This document shows, in pieces, positions 63,741 to 64,000 of a stretch of 64,000 nucleotides of DNA. The notes under the pieces were generated by a model. It had not been told where the DNA came from. It did not search any database and saw only the letters and a program-made list of their open reading frames with translations. Position 1 is the first letter of the stretch. Every line of letters begins with the position of its first letter. Origin of the DNA: an uncultured Deinococcales bacterium. GTDB lineage: Bacteria; Deinococcota; Deinococci; Deinococcales; JAAFIG01. The stretch spans positions 37,887 through 101,886 of the forward strand of contig CAXTTL010000001.1 in NCBI GenBank assembly GCA_964247135.1, given 5' to 3'. The position numbers and the translations under genes were made by a program.

Positions 63741-64000
63741 ATGGCAAAAGACTTTTTCAGTGAAGCCGTCAAAAACGCTCTTCGCAAAGATGGTTGGGAA
63801 ATCACCAACGACCCACTCGCGCTCGAGTACGGCGATGCAGCATTTGAAATTGATCTTGGCGCAGAACGAATCGTCGGCGCAGAACGAAGTGGTAAACGAA
63901 TTGCCGTAGAAATCAAAACCTTTATTCGCAAATCTGCATCACACGAATTCAGTGGATCGCTGGGTCAATACCTCAGTTACCGTCACGCATTGACGCAAAT
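63741..64000 (+). CDS. xisH: XisH family protein (5' partial view; runs off window)
   Basis: MAKDFFSEAVKNALRKDGWEITNDPLALEYGDAAFEIDLGAERIVGAERSGKRIAVEIKTFIRKSASHEF matches the XisH pattern as I remember it (MAKDxFHxxVKxALxKDGWxITxDPL...DLGAE...AVEVKSF). The frame is open to the window end. Confidence 0.7.
   Translation, partial: MAKDFFSEAVKNALRKDGWEITNDPLALEYGDAAFEIDLGAERIVGAERSGKRIAVEIKTFIRKSASHEFSGSLGQYLSYRHALTQ

Overview
This is a densely coding bacterial chromosomal window. I saw no rRNA, no intact tRNA, no CRISPR array and no integrase or phage genes.

- **1-30.6 kb:** three paralogous family-5 (Dpp/Opp-like) ABC uptake loci, each next to different amide or peptide hydrolases. These are a HyuA-like+DUF917 pair, HyuA/HyuB, an M24 peptidase, an M14-like carboxypeptidase fusion, an alpha/beta hydrolase and an amidase. 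XRE-cupin and AsnC regulators accompany them. The first operon is interrupted by a RAYT (REP-associated tyrosine transposase) gene bracketed by 65-bp inverted arms, and by two related non-autonomous REPIN/MITE-like elements.
- **30.6-42.2 kb:** an accessory-looking stretch. It holds a Uma2-type endonuclease, an orphan 3' half of tRNA-Lys(UUU) with its terminator, an XRE regulator and a translationally coupled pair of small unknown genes. It also holds two very large secreted proteins: a 1319-aa CarboxypepD_reg/Ig-like protein ending in three CxxCH motifs, and a 987-aa tyrosinase-like+vWA fusion. The stretch ends at a relic of a DnaE2-type polymerase gene.
- **42.2-64 kb:** a LacI-controlled polyol/sugar locus and assorted enzymes. 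A class II ribonucleotide reductase (nrdJ) follows, interrupted by two LAGLIDADG inteins, and then xisH.
- **Whole window:** the palindrome CTCGAG is hyper-abundant, about one per 150 bp where I counted. It occurs in all frames, on both strands, in intergenic DNA, in REP loops and in the inteins. A few segments are conspicuously free of it.

All family assignments come from motif recognition by eye. No database search was possible.
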